Source of the DNA: Neophaeotheca triangularis
Lineage: Eukaryota
Length of the DNA: 64,000 bases
Assembly: GCA_054600435.1 (NCBI GenBank)
Contig: BAAIJX010000056.1
Span: 62,001 to 126,000, forward strand
Direction: 5' to 3'
Position numbers and translations under genes: made by a program. Below are positions 1 through 11,601 of this stretch, piece after piece. Positions within the stretch are counted from its first letter, which is position 1; every line of letters begins with the position of its first letter. The notes below the pieces were generated by a model. That model made no database searches. It saw only the letters and a list, made by a program, of their open reading frames with translations, and was not told the DNA's origin.

Positions 1-157
1 CGTCTTGTCACCTCATTCCATCGGCTATTCCCGCAATTATCCGATTCCGAGTCGTTCCCTCTGAGCTTCGACTTCAGAGAGAGCTCCCAATGGCATATTT
101 CAGTCCTGCATAAACAACTGAAACAGCTCTGACCTCCCCTATTGCATACCGTCAACC

Positions 158-1318
158 ATGTCACTAGCACGCGCACAGGCTCTGAGGAGTCTCCAAAAGT
201 CTTTCGCCTCCTCCACCCGACCTGTCGCTCGCTCTACTCTTCCGCGCCGGACCCAGCAACTCGTCGCGAGGAGATGGGCTAGCGGCGGTGGTGGCCATGG
301 ACATGGTGACCCTTCTGGCTCGGATCTGCCTTGGTAGGTTTTGATTGCTATGATTTTGTATGAACTGGTTGCATGGAAAGGAAAGCCTCTAACACCAGCT
401 TTGAACAGGGCTCTCGGAGCCACTGTCATCACCATCCCCTCCGCCTGGTTCCTCTGGCCCGACACCTCCTCGCACGGCGGTCACGGTCACGACGAGCACC
501 ATGAAGAGGGCGGTGAGGAACACGAAGAAGCTTCCGAAGAGGAGCCCACCCCCGATGACTCCCCCGACGACGGCGTCAACGACGAAGCCAAGACCGACCC
601 CTCTGCCCCCGTAAAGGACACCACCGACACGGAAGAAGCGGCCAAGGAAACTGAAGAGACTGCCAAACCCTCCGGCTCCCAGGGCGAGAGCCAGCCTCAG
701 GGTCCCGATGCTAACAAGGAAAGCTCAAAGACTGAGGAGAGTGTGGCCAAGCCTGCGCCTGAGGGGAAGAGCAATGTCGGCAAGGGTCCGATGAACGAGA
801 ACGCCCCCGAGGACACGCGTAAGAGTGAACCTGATGCGAAGGGTGGGTACAAGAAGAGGGTGGACAGTGGATATGGGAAGAACCTTGGCGAGGGGCCGCA
901 GTTTGCCGACGATGAGACTGAGGAGGGCGGCAAGAGAGAGAGTGTAAGTCTCACCATAGCTTTTGCGTTGTCGATGTGACGATTTGGAAGTTGGTGTGAG
1001 TTGTGATATTTGGCTAATCATGAATTGTGGTGCAGGCCGCCTCGGCCAAGGAGCCTCAACGCGGCTCCCAAGGACAGATCAGTGGCAAGCAACACGGTCT
1101 CTCCAACACCCCGACTAGGCACTCTCTGCAGATCGATCAGGACCCAGAGAAGAGCAAGAAGGGCGAGGGTGCGCCTGAGACTGCCAAGTCAATGGGTACT
1201 GTCGACCCTAGCAGACCGATGGTGAGTAACCTGTCTTCAAGGGGAATTCTCTAGTGGGATGTCTATGCTAATGATGGTGTGTTCCAAGGCCGAGAGCGAT
1301 CAGAGGGGCAAGAAGTAA
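158..1318 (+). CDS. Uncharacterised protein, probably mitochondrial, single-pass, with an acidic disordered C-terminal region (4 exons: 158-333, 409-943, 1036-1221, 1289-1318)
   Basis: ATG at 158 gives an Arg/Ser-rich presequence-like N-terminus (MSLARAQALRSLQKSF...RRWASGG). Three GT..AG introns with CTAA branch sites join it in frame to ORFs 341-979 and 1027-1254. Hydrophobic segment WALGATVITIPSAWFLW; stop TAA at 1316-1318. Confidence 0.8.
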
Positions 1319-1981
1319 AGAGATTTGCAGTGGTTGAAGGTAAAAGCGCACGCATACATGGCGACTGGGGGAAGGCTGGAGAGAGGGGGAGAGAAGAGAG
1401 AGAGAAAGAGAGGGCAGTCGGTGGATGTACATATGTACTGTATACCTAGGAAGTCGTGCTGCTGTCTTTGTTACCTCTTCGTGTCAATTTGATCTACATG
1501 CCCGATGTTCTCGCCGTGCAGTCGTCGATCGTGTCTTTGGTAGTAATGGCAGACGGAAAAAGGCAAGTCACGTGATGAATGCTGCCTGTCCCACCTCCCC
1601 CACGTCAGTGTAAAGTCGAGCTCACTTTCACGTCTAGCTTCGAGTGTTTCTTCTACATCATCTTCAGGTAACACAATAAGAGACTCCCGTAAGTTTTTGC
1701 TGTATCCAATCGCATCCGCGATATATCTCACCAACAATTGCCTCGACAGGTTTGTACCTTCGTACGTGTTGAAGCAGGTCTCCAAGCGAACAGACGCGAC
1801 TTTCACACCGTAAAGTGAGTAGCATCACTCGACAACACCAGTGTGGGAAATGTACACTGTTCCTTCACATCAGAACAACTAACCGTACCACTTTACGCGA
1901 CTAGCACATCTCCTCCCTCCAGTGGCCTAACCTTCCTCACCCCATCTGCGGCAGCTCAGCCTACGAGCCTCCGCCGCAACC

Positions 1982-4900
1982 ATGTCGTCCTCCGGCGTCC
2001 CTCCCAACCCAACCTCCCATAACATCGCCTCGATGCTCCCCAAGCTCAGCGATGCCGACCCGGACATCCGATACATGACCCTCAACGACCTCACTACCAT
2101 GCTCACAACCGGTCACCCTACCTTCCTCCAACACGACGTCCAAACATCCTGCCGCATCGTCGACGGCCTCCTCACAACCCTCACAGACTCCAATGGCGAT
2201 GTACAGAACCAGGCTATCAAAGCTCTAGGCCCGCTCGTCAATAAGATTCCTGCCGAAATCATGTGCGCGACCATCGAAAAGGTCAGCACGGTCAAGGTTG
2301 GGGACGGAGTGGACAAGAGCGTGCCTGCGCTGGCTACGAGAGCTATCGTGGTCGCTTTGCCGCATCCAATTCCTGGCGTTGCTAGGGGTCCCAAAGTCGC
2401 CGAAGCTTATACTGCCGTCAGTAGAGCCTTGATCCCCAGGCTCGTTGGCAAAGTCGTCGTCCCTTTGCCAAGGGGTGCTAGTGGAAACAAACTGCCCGCT
2501 CCTCCGAAAGCAATGCTGGAAGCGGATATGCAGACGGGGGATGATAGCAACACTCTGGACCTGCTGACAGAAGTCGCGAGGTGCTATGGTCCGATGCTGC
2601 AGGAGGTGGAAGTGGAGGCCCTCGAGCAAATCACCATGGCTGTGTTGCAGAGTGATCGCTGCGGAACAGTCATGAAGAAGAAGGCTGTTGCTGCGCTTTC
2701 TGCTTTGAGCGGGTACTTTTCAGAGGCTCTGCTGGCCAAGCACGTCAGCTATACCATCGAGCAGCTTAGACAGCCGCATCTCACTGCGCAAGAACGCAAG
2801 ATGTACATCACCATTTACGGCAGCCTGGCGAGGAGCATACCGCAGAAGTTTGGCCCATACCTCAAGACTCTGGCACCTTTTGTTGTGAGCCCGCTGAGCC
2901 AGGAGGAACTGGAGCAGCAACAAGAACAGGAGGCGGAGAACGATGGTGAGAGGGATACGGAGATGGAAGAAGTGCGCGAGGCGGCGCTCACAGCCATTGA
3001 GAGTTTTCTAGAGGCTTGCGCGCAGGACATGAGGGCTTACACCAAGGAGGTCATCGAGTCGTCGACGAGATTTCTAAAGTACAATCCCAACGTCGCTGAG
3101 GATGATGACGAGGATATGGAAGAGGAGGAAGATGATGAGTTTGCGGGTGATGAGGACTTTGAGGAAGAGACTGGGTTTGAGGACGAGGACGACGTCAGCT
3201 GGAAGGTCAGAAGAGGCGCCGCCAAAGCTCTGCGTGCTGTTGTCGGTGTCATGAGCCACAACGATCCAGCTGTCTATGGTCAGATTGCACCGGCTTTGAT
3301 TGCATGTTTCAAAGAGAAGGAGGAGAGCGTGCGCAACGAGATTGTTCACACGCTCGCGTATCTCATCAGTAAGACTGGCCCCGTGGCCGATCGTCGAAGA
3401 GACTCTATCGCGGGTCAGCATATCGTCTTGCCAAGTAGAAAGAGGAGAAGAGGTGGCAGCGATGCTGTTGGGCCGGAATTCCACGCTCAACAGGCTTCGA
3501 TGAATGGCTATGCTTCTCCAACTACACCTCCACCAACAGACAGCGCCGCCCAGTCCCTTGCCAAGCTCAACCCTGAGATTGTCAGCGGTGCCTCCAAATT
3601 ACTCAAGACGAGCACGCCTTCTACAAAACAGGCTGCCATGTCTCTACTCAAGGACATGGTTTCGGCGCAGCAAGGCGGTCTCAGTGATCATGCCGATCTT
3701 GTCATCGATCCGCTGCTTGATGCTCTGCACGTCCCGGCTGGTGCTGTCTCTTCCAACAACGCCGGTAGCCACGCTCTGCGCATCGAAGCACTTGCCTTGC
3801 TCCGCGTCATCGCCGAGACGCATTCCAGCAAAGTCCTCCAACAACACCTCAACAAGACCACGCCAGCGCTGGCCGTGGCGGCTAAGGACCGTTACGCCAA
3901 AGTCTCTGGCGAGGCCTTCTCTACCATCGAAATCTTTGTCAAAGCCCTTACGCCGCCTAGGAGTGCCGCCAGCAAGAGCGAGAACAGCCAATATCTCAAA
4001 CAACTCTACGATGTCATTACTACGCGCATCTCAGCGCAGGACACCGATACGGAGGTCAGACACAAGGCTGTTCATGCGTTGGGTTTGTTGATTGGCCGTA
4101 CTTCTGGCGCTGCTGGTTCGAAACTGCTCAAATCGGAAGACCGCTTCGTTGGCCAACAACTCCTCCTCGAGCGTATGAGGAATGAGCTTACGCGACTTCC
4201 GTGCGTGCGTGCTGTCGAGACTATCGCGATGTTGGCGCAGCGCAAGACTGATTTCAAGGACGGTTTCGTGAGTGAAGCTACGCAGAAGCTGGGCGCGCAG
4301 CTACGCAAAGCCAGCCGTTCGCTTCGAAGCGCCAGTTTGAACGCTCTGAAGATGCTTTCCATCAACCAGGCCAGCAAGGAGTGTCTTGATGATAATAGTG
4401 CCAAGTACATTGTCGAACACCTTCTTCCGCTTCTCAATGTCGATGACTTGCAGATGCTTGGCCCGGCCCTGAATATTCTTGCATCGATCGCCAAAGACAG
4501 ACCCGCTCTTGTCGCTACCAAGGATGTCATTGATAGAATCTGCGTCATCGTTACGGCGTCGTTGACGGGCGTGACTATCGATTCGCTGCTTACGTTTGTC
4601 GAAACAATGGGGCAGGTCGGTGCTGGACAGGAGCTCATGAAGGCTTTACTCACCGTTGGCACTCAAGGCAACACTGAGATCACTGGCCAAGTCGTTGGAA
4701 CGCTCCTCGTGTCTAGTCACGGCAACGTTGGCGTTGAGCTTGACGACTTTGTGCGTGAGGCTCAGAACCAAAAAGAGGAGGCGAAGAGGTGCTTGGCGCT
4801 GTCGGTATTGGGAGAGGCTGCTTTGCGAATGGGCGCCGAGTGCCCACTTCAATCTCAGAGCTTTGCCGCCTACTTTGACGATCCTTCTGAAAAGGTGAAG

Positions 4901-5971
4901 CTTGCAGCTGCCGTGGCGCTTGGTCGTGCTGGTGCAGGCAACGTCAAGACATACCTCCCCAATATTCTCGACGCAATGTCCAGCGGGAAAGCCTATCTAC
5001 TTCTCCACTCGGTTAAAGAGCTCCTCCAACACAGCAACGCCGAAGATGACATTCGACCTTACACCAAACCCCTATGGGACAACATCGTCAACAGCGGCCA
5101 GGGCGAAGACAACAAGGTTGTCGGCGCAGAGTGTATCGGTCGTCTTGCCATCATCGACGCCCCCGCCTATCTCCCCCAACTCCAAACCTTCCTCGACAAC
5201 CCCAACCCCACCATCCGCGGCATGGTCATCCAAGCCCTGCGCTACACCTTCTCCGACACCGAAGCCGCCTACAACCACCACCTCTCCCCAACTATCGTCC
5301 CAATGCTCTCGACGATGCTCACGGACACGGACCTCGAGAACCAACGCCTGGCCCTCTCAACCTTCAACTCCGCCGTACACAACAAACCCGACCTCGTCCT
5401 ACCATCTCTCGCCTCCGACCTCCTGCCCCACGCTATGCGCGCCACCCACTCCCGCCCCGAACTCATCCGCGAAGTCACCATGGGCCCTTTCAAACACCGC
5501 GTCGACGACGGCCTGGAAGTACGCAAAACCGCTTACGAAACCCTTTACTCTCTGCTCGAATCCCCGGCCTCCCGCGCCCACCTCGACGTCGCAGCCTTCT
5601 ACGACCGCATCATCGCCGGTCTCTCAGACGAGCACGAGATCAAAATACTCTGCTGCCTCGTCCTCTCCAAACTGCTTCCACTCTACCCGGCCGAAAGCCT
5701 CAAACGTCTGGAGGCGCTGGCGGAGAAGTTCCGCGCCGTGCTCGCTTTCAAACCAAAAGAGAATGCCGTCAAGCAGGAGTTGGAGAAGCTGGCTGAGCAG
5801 CATAAAGCTGTTGTTAAGACGGGGGTTTTGTTCCAGCGGGCGGAGGGAGGAATGGTGACTGTTGAGGGGGTTGGTGAGCAGAGGGGCTGGAGGGAGTTTT
5901 GGGAATGGGTGAGGAAGGAGTTTCCGTTTCTCGTTAGGGGTGTAGAGGACGAGGTTAGGAGTGGGGTTTGA
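1982..5971 (+). CDS. CAND1: Cullin-associated NEDD8-dissociated protein 1 (TIP120/CandA), HEAT-repeat protein, intronless
   Basis: 1329-aa ORF with N-terminal DADPDIRYMTLNDL, acidic loop followed by DDVSWKVRRGAAK, and C-terminal LIREVTMGPFKHRVDDGLEVRKTAYE and KENAVKQELEK, all typical of CAND1. Confidence 0.95.
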   Translation: MSSSGVPPNPTSHNIASMLPKLSDADPDIRYMTLNDLTTMLTTGHPTFLQHDVQTSCRIVDGLLTTLTDSNGDVQNQAIKALGPLVNKIPAEIMCATIEKVSTVKVGDGVDKSVPALATRAIVVALPHPIPGVARGPKVAEAYTAVSRALIPRLVGKVVVPLPRGASGNKLPAPPKAMLEADMQTGDDSNTLDLLTEVARCYGPMLQEVEVEALEQITMAVLQSDRCGTVMKKKAVAALSALSGYFSEALLAKHVSYTIEQLRQPHLTAQERKMYITIYGSLARSIPQKFGPYLKTLAPFVVSPLSQEELEQQQEQEAENDGERDTEMEEVREAALTAIESFLEACAQDMRAYTKEVIESSTRFLKYNPNVAEDDDEDMEEEEDDEFAGDEDFEEETGFEDEDDVSWKVRRGAAKALRAVVGVMSHNDPAVYGQIAPALIACFKEKEESVRNEIVHTLAYLISKTGPVADRRRDSIAGQHIVLPSRKRRRGGSDAVGPEFHAQQASMNGYASPTTPPPTDSAAQSLAKLNPEIVSGASKLLKTSTPSTKQAAMSLLKDMVSAQQGGLSDHADLVIDPLLDALHVPAGAVSSNNAGSHALRIEALALLRVIAETHSSKVLQQHLNKTTPALAVAAKDRYAKVSGEAFSTIEIFVKALTPPRSAASKSENSQYLKQLYDVITTRISAQDTDTEVRHKAVHALGLLIGRTSGAAGSKLLKSEDRFVGQQLLLERMRNELTRLPCVRAVETIAMLAQRKTDFKDGFVSEATQKLGAQLRKASRSLRSASLNALKMLSINQASKECLDDNSAKYIVEHLLPLLNVDDLQMLGPALNILASIAKDRPALVATKDVIDRICVIVTASLTGVTIDSLLTFVETMGQVGAGQELMKALLTVGTQGNTEITGQVVGTLLVSSHGNVGVELDDFVREAQNQKEEAKRCLALSVLGEAALRMGAECPLQSQSFAAYFDDPSEKVKLAAAVALGRAGAGNVKTYLPNILDAMSSGKAYLLLHSVKELLQHSNAEDDIRPYTKPLWDNIVNSGQGEDNKVVGAECIGRLAIIDAPAYLPQLQTFLDNPNPTIRGMVIQALRYTFSDTEAAYNHHLSPTIVPMLSTMLTDTDLENQRLALSTFNSAVHNKPDLVLPSLASDLLPHAMRATHSRPELIREVTMGPFKHRVDDGLEVRKTAYETLYSLLESPASRAHLDVAAFYDRIIAGLSDEHEIKILCCLVLSKLLPLYPAESLKRLEALAEKFRAVLAFKPKENAVKQELEKLAEQHKAVVKTGVLFQRAEGGMVTVEGVGEQRGWREFWEWVRKEFPFLVRGVEDEVRSGV

Positions 5972-6571
5972 ATTGGCGTCGACGGTGTGTCAAAGGATGA
6001 TAAGGGGGGCGTGGAATTCGGGAGGGGGTCTATTGATGGCTGAGATGGAGGGCCAGAGGAGAGGACTCGACGGCGCCGATATCTGTTTCATCTGCTCTCC
6101 TCGACAGGAAAGATGAAAATGCTGTTACGAGAACGCATGGCTTGACGAGACATGACGAGGAGACGCCATTCTTCTTTTGACCTGAACTCATTGCTTCGCG
6201 GGCATTTGCGTGGTAGCGTGCGCGGCATTCTATGCTAAAACTTGCTACCTTTCGGCTATAGAGGGAAGTGAATTCAAACCTGTTGCATACGTTTATTAAT
6301 CAGACTGTTCACGAAGGGACATCCTGCATCCTTTCAAAGAACTCGAGCGGTTTGATCGAGTCACCCACCCATATTTGCTGCTCTTCCTTCTGGTGACAGC
6401 AAAGATGCGAGAGAGGCCTTCGTGGTAAAATCTGATTGAGCTGCTTAGCGCATCGGGCAACAGAACGCGCCCCTCCCCTCCCGTACCCCTAAGCGCTTCG
6501 TGCATACGCCTCTCCCCCGCGAAAACCAAAAGACCATTCCCCTCCCCCTCCCCATCCCAAACTCCCCTCTC

Positions 6572-6928
6572 TCAAGCCCCACGGGCAAGACACCGCCGAC
6601 AGCCCGGTCCCCCCTCAATCTCCTTCGCAGAAATCTCACTCAACTCTCCCCACCTCTTACTCTTCCTCTGCATCATCACAAGCCTCCGTCGATTCGACCG
6701 AGCCTCAACTTCCTCCTCACTCCGCAGCCACGAAAGCGGATACACGGCACATGGCCCGAGATGCATTGGGGCGTGGCAACGGGCGCACTCGGCGTTGAGA
6801 CGGAGGGGCTGGCAGGGGTGGCTGACTGAGGGCATCCAGGTGGTGTAAGGGAAGGTTTGGTTTGGGGGGGTGGTTGGGTGGCCGTGGGAGTGGTTCCAGA
6901 GGTGGTGGGGGCAGAAGTAAGGGGGCAT
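6572..6928 (-). CDS. Small Cys/His-containing hypothetical protein (118 aa)
   Basis: ATG-initiated ORF with CxxC pairs (CARC, CRRC). It shows the same C-rich start and G-rich end polarity as verified genes in this window. No recognisable homology. Confidence 0.35.
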   Translation of the reverse strand: MPPYFCPHHLWNHSHGHPTTPPNQTFPYTTWMPSVSHPCQPLRLNAECARCHAPMHLGPCAVYPLSWLRSEEEVEARSNRRRLVMMQRKSKRWGELSEISAKEIEGGPGCRRCLARGA

Positions 6929-8456
6929 TCTTTTGGGGAGGTTTGTTGTGGTGGTTGCCGTTCGTTTGGGTCAGTTGGGGTGTTGGGATGCGTGTGAGTG
7001 GCTGAAGGTGTGCAGTGCTTGGTGGTTTGAGTGGTGCGTTTCGATTTTCGCTGCTCGTTCTGTATTGCTGCGTGGAACGGGCTTGGGTTTCCACGGGGAT
7101 TGAACTGTCTATTTCTCGTGTTTCGGATGAGCTCTTGGTGATGGGGAAGCTGGCGTTGCTCGCTTGATCTTGGTTGACGGGTCTCGGGGGTTGTTTAGTT
7201 CTCGAAGATGGTTTGATAATTTTGCTGCTCTGGGATTCGACCGGTTGGACTGCGGAAATGTATGGCAAAGGAGTTGTCGATATAAGTACATTCGTTGCAA
7301 GTTTCCATGGTACATCGCTTGTTCTTGGCTGAGACTGTCTCAGCGAAGTCGAGGACATTGTCGCCCTTTGACAAAGAGTGCCCTTCACAGTCGAGGTCTC
7401 ACTTTCTGCGACCGACTCACAAAGCTTTTGAGTCTTCGACAAGCCTAAGGTCGGATCTCGCTTTTTGCAGGCGCCATTTGCTATAGTACTCTCTCTCCAT
7501 GAAGCAAGTCAACGAGGAACCACATGGCAGGGAGCTGAACGAGGGGGAACTATACAGTCGAATCAAGATGTAGAAGGGACATATTCCGAGCTAGATGGCC
7601 TTCGTGAAACGGTTTATCTTTGAAGGCCTGGGGAACAGGTGAATTGGTAGAAAATGCGCTGCAATGATTGTGGTGCGTAGACCAAATATGATGCAGGGGC
7701 AGCCGTTGAGAAGTTGCTTATCCATCAAGATATCGTAGAGTGCGGAGAGTTGAAGGAACGCAAAGAGCAGAGGATCATGATCCATGTTCATGATGGAGGA
7801 GCTGCTGTAGTCGGGGTAGTAGTCGGGGTAGGGTGCTGATGTTGTGTGTGAGGATTAGGCTCTGGGCGGTCTGTTGTAAGGTAGCCGGGGTTCGGGTGCG
7901 AACGGTCTGGCTATTGCTCGTCGAACGCATTGTTGGGTTGTGGAGCGAGTGCAATAGTATGTGGAATCAACTGGTGGAAAGCTTTGCTTGGTGTCATAGA
8001 ACGGAGAGGAGCTGGTTTGCCCGTGCATTGTTTTTCTTGATATCCTGTCGCAAATAGATATGGTAGATGTGTTTCGATGTCATTAATCATTCTTGCATTC
8101 CGAAACAGTACGCACAAGGTGTCGTTATGGTGGGGCAGGGTGCACTCGTTGCGTACCCGTTGGATTGGCCACATTGGACTTCAAGCGCTCAAAGCTTCCA
8201 AGCAAACACATCTCATGTTTGCTGATCACGTACGCAGTCCGAGTGGCGCCGGCATCGTGATGCTATAGTTGCTCGACGGAAGCTGCGATGGTGACCGCTG
8301 TCTGAGGAGATTTTCCCCAGCTGGTAGACTTCTCTGGGCGTGTAATATCTCGCGTGTGGCCACTCATGTTTGCGCACAGGGATCTGCCCTCGCCAGACCC
8401 ACCCCAAATCTGCCTCTTCTCTCACGGAATATGCCTAAACTCTCCTCCCAGTCTCT

Positions 8457-9038
8457 TCAAACAGGCTTGGCAACCTTCCTCTTCTCCCTCGTCCCGGTCC
8501 TCTCATCCAAAAATTCCCGCCAACTAACCGGCACCATCTGATTCCCCCTCTCACTCGTCGCCAACACAACGCCCAGCTCATTCCTCGCCGTACTCAAGTA
8601 ATAACTCCTCTCATCCCCCAGACTGATGACAACAGCCCTCACCACATCCCCAACCCTGAAACTCTCCGCAACTTTGACTTTATCGATTTCCGTCGCGCGG
8701 ATGTCTTGCTGTCGGATTATAGCCGGGAAGGCATCGTGGCAGGTGTGTTCGCCAGAGCTGCCGAGGGCGAGGATGGAGAGGGCTGCTTGGCGCGGCTGGG
8801 TGCGGGTTATTTTGCCCAGAACTGTTGTGCCGACTTCGGGGAGGAGGGGGCCGATGGAGGAGGTTACGCTGGCTGTGGGGGTTTTGTTGGCGGTTTTGCT
8901 GGAGGGGGTGGTGGTGGTGAGGCTTCCTGCAAGGCTGGAGTAGAGTTGGCCGGCTTGGATGTGTGTGCCTGCGCCGGGCGCGTTGGCACTGGTGGGACCG
9001 ATAGATTGGCCGGGAAGGGCTGTTGTTGTCTGCGACAT
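8457..9038 (-). CDS. CSL4: Exosome complex component Csl4 (S1 domain)
   Basis: ALPGQ...GAGTH N-terminus; IRQQDIRATEIDKVKVAESFRVGDVVRAVVISLGDERSYYLSTARNELGVV and REKRKVAKP C-terminus are characteristic of Csl4. Confidence 0.95.
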   Translation of the reverse strand: MSQTTTALPGQSIGPTSANAPGAGTHIQAGQLYSSLAGSLTTTTPSSKTANKTPTASVTSSIGPLLPEVGTTVLGKITRTQPRQAALSILALGSSGEHTCHDAFPAIIRQQDIRATEIDKVKVAESFRVGDVVRAVVISLGDERSYYLSTARNELGVVLATSERGNQMVPVSWREFLDERTGTREKRKVAKPV

Positions 9039-9583
9039 GTTGGTAGTTTGTGATGCTGTTGTTTAGACGGGGGTCGGAAAGGTACATGTATTGTAAGTTC
9101 ATAGACGTGAGATGAGGTGAGGTGAGGTGAAGGGTCTAAAGCCTTGGCGCAGTCGGAGCAACTTCATATGTCCCATCACTTTTAGCAGACGACTTCGACA
9201 TCATCGGGACTGTTGACTAGATAATCCATCATATACTGACGGAACCAAATGAGGTTTAGGTGCCTTGTCAGTAGACAGTCCAGGGCCGGCGAAACACAGG
9301 CGAAAACCGAAGTGCATGGCCGACAAATCTACCGCACTGTCACTGAGGGTATGTACTAAGACGCCCAGCAAAGATGAGTATGGTAATGCGAGTGAGGCTC
9401 TGAAAAGATTGGAAATAAGGGAAGTGATATAAAGAGCAGGGAATGTGCGTAGAAAGCCCTCTATCAAAATCCAACTACTGAACCCCAAGAGCATCGTGCT
9501 CGCGCCTACATCATCTTAAGCAAACCCCTACCCTCCCCCTGAAGGCTTTGAACCCCAGACCATCTAATGTAAAAAGGATTATA

Positions 9584-11249
9584 TCAAAATCCCCCCTCCC
9601 GAGCAAGTACCTCCCACCCCAGGCTTCGCCAAACTTCTTCAATGAACCATTCGCCCACTCCCTCGTCTTTGACTTTGGGAACGGTGGCTGCGCCTTTAGC
9701 AACCGGATTGCTTAAACATTCCAGTAGTGGGGAGCCCTCCTGTAGACCTTCTGTGCCGAACATGCTGGTGATGAGAGTGCGCTGGAGACGTTCTCTCGCT
9801 GCTACGGCCAGGGAACTCTTGCTACGAGGCTTCGTGCTGGGTCGTTTGCCTTTTGTCGTTGATGTGGACGACGCAGGAGAAGGGCTAAGATGTGCGGGTG
9901 CGGATGCTATCAGGGTGCGGAGCATGTATATTAGGTAGGGGGCTTCTAGTTTGGCTGTGCCGTGGGCTAGGGTTTTAGAGGGTTGGGGTTCGATCTGGTC
10001 GGTTTCGGTCTGCTTGAGCAGGGTGCTGGCGGTTTCGATATCGCTGGATGGGTTAGGACTTCGTTGGTGGTTGAAGGTAAGGACATAGAGATGTCGACCT
10101 AGCATGTTGAAGATACAATAGGCGAAACCTTCGAAGAGCTCTCGGTGTGCTTCGATTTTGGGATCGAGAAGGTCGATGATGCCGGCGAGGAAGCTGGAGA
10201 GCATGCTCAATAGGGCGTTGTCCCGGATGTTTGTGGGTTTTGGTATCTTGGCCTTGGATTTGTACTTGGAGGCTGCTTTGCCTGCAACGGTGGAGTTTGC
10301 ATTTCCTTCCGCTTCCATAGCACGTCTGGTTTCGGACTCAGAAGCCTCTTGAAAGACTTCGAGAAGGGTTGCGAACATGCCAGTGTAGGCGTAAACGACT
10401 TGGCCGAGAAACTGGGGCTGTCCTTGTACCACGCGGGAAAGTCTTCCCAGGCCCACAATCATAACTGCTACAGAACGAGCGCTGGCGGCGAGAACGTCTC
10501 GCAAGTCATCCGTGCGACTGATCAGTGTATCGAGAGCTGTGCCAACGGCTTTCTGAACTATCTTCGGGAGAACGGAAGCTGCGTTGGCCAGGTGGTAAGT
10601 CAAAGCGACCGGATCAGTCCTCTCGGAGACTTTGAGGGTGCGGTTGATGTGGTAGAGACTGCGCATCAAAAGTTCCCCTGCGAAGCATTAGTAGTGTCAG
10701 GACTATTGCGGGAGCAGCAATACTCACCGTCTTTCCCACTTGCAGCAAACTCAAAATCCCGCTCAAAATCCCCGGCAGATTGGACGTTGGGCACCCTTCT
10801 CGCGGGAGAGACGTCTCGCTTCGCCTTCTTAGGAGAACGAGGCACGGGCACGACATCTTCATCTACTTTCTTCCGCTTCTTGGAAGTAGCATTATCCGTC
10901 TTAACCGCCTCCACCTTCGCCTTCAAAGCCTCAACCTCCAGCTTCAACTGAAAAGCCTCATGACGTGCCTCTTGGGCCTCGACCTGCGCACGAGAAGCTT
11001 CAGCTCGCCAGAAAGATGACCGGTCGAGGTGGCGGTATATGGAGCTTGCGGCACGGTCTCTGCGGCCGCGGGCGACGTGTTGTTGGATGTGTTCGAGCCA
11101 GTCTATACAAATCAGTCAGGCGGTGGTGAAGGTGGGTTTAGGCGGCTGATGGTACCTTGGATGGAGATTTCCGGCGGTTTGGAGTTTACTATTGAGATGG
11201 CGCAAGCAACGTCGAGTTCTGTGACCCCGGCGGGGATATGGGGTTGCAT
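9584..11249 (-). CDS. Conserved fungal hypothetical protein (3 exons), with a coiled coil and basic NLS-like motif
   Basis: ATG at 11249 (MQPHIPAGVTELDVACAISIVNSKP). Introns at about 11155-11103 and about 10727-10677 (GTGAGT..CTAAT..CAG) join ORFs 10666-10947 and 9584-10669 in frame. Contains KKRKK; ends FIEEVWRSLGWEVL. Confidence 0.8.
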
Positions 11250-11601
11250 GTCGTCGGTTAAGGCATTGAGTGTGAAGACATGCATGGATGTATGTGCTTA
11301 GATGCGAAGAGGTGCTCTCAGACGAATTTAGTAGATCGTGTACTTTTCGGCGTTGCAACTTGGGGTGGAAAGAACGACCAGACTCTATCGCCCTGTGGAA
11401 GGAACGACCAACTACCCGAAGCCGAAATCTACAAAATCGCCTATTAGGTAGGTACCTTTCTGGAACACACTATCATAGCATCCCATTTTCAGATCTTGCT
11501 GCTATCAGCCCAGTGGCGAGGTGACTTCCCGGTAAATTGACTGACAACAACATATGATACAAAAAAGGTATACGTACAGCAACCCTCCCCTCTCCTCATA
11601 A

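Noticed and set aside
4902..5858. Long alternative-frame ORFs inside CAND1 (318 aa and 240 aa)
   Set aside because: Low-complexity P/S/T/R translations that arise from C-rich codon bias, which suppresses stops.
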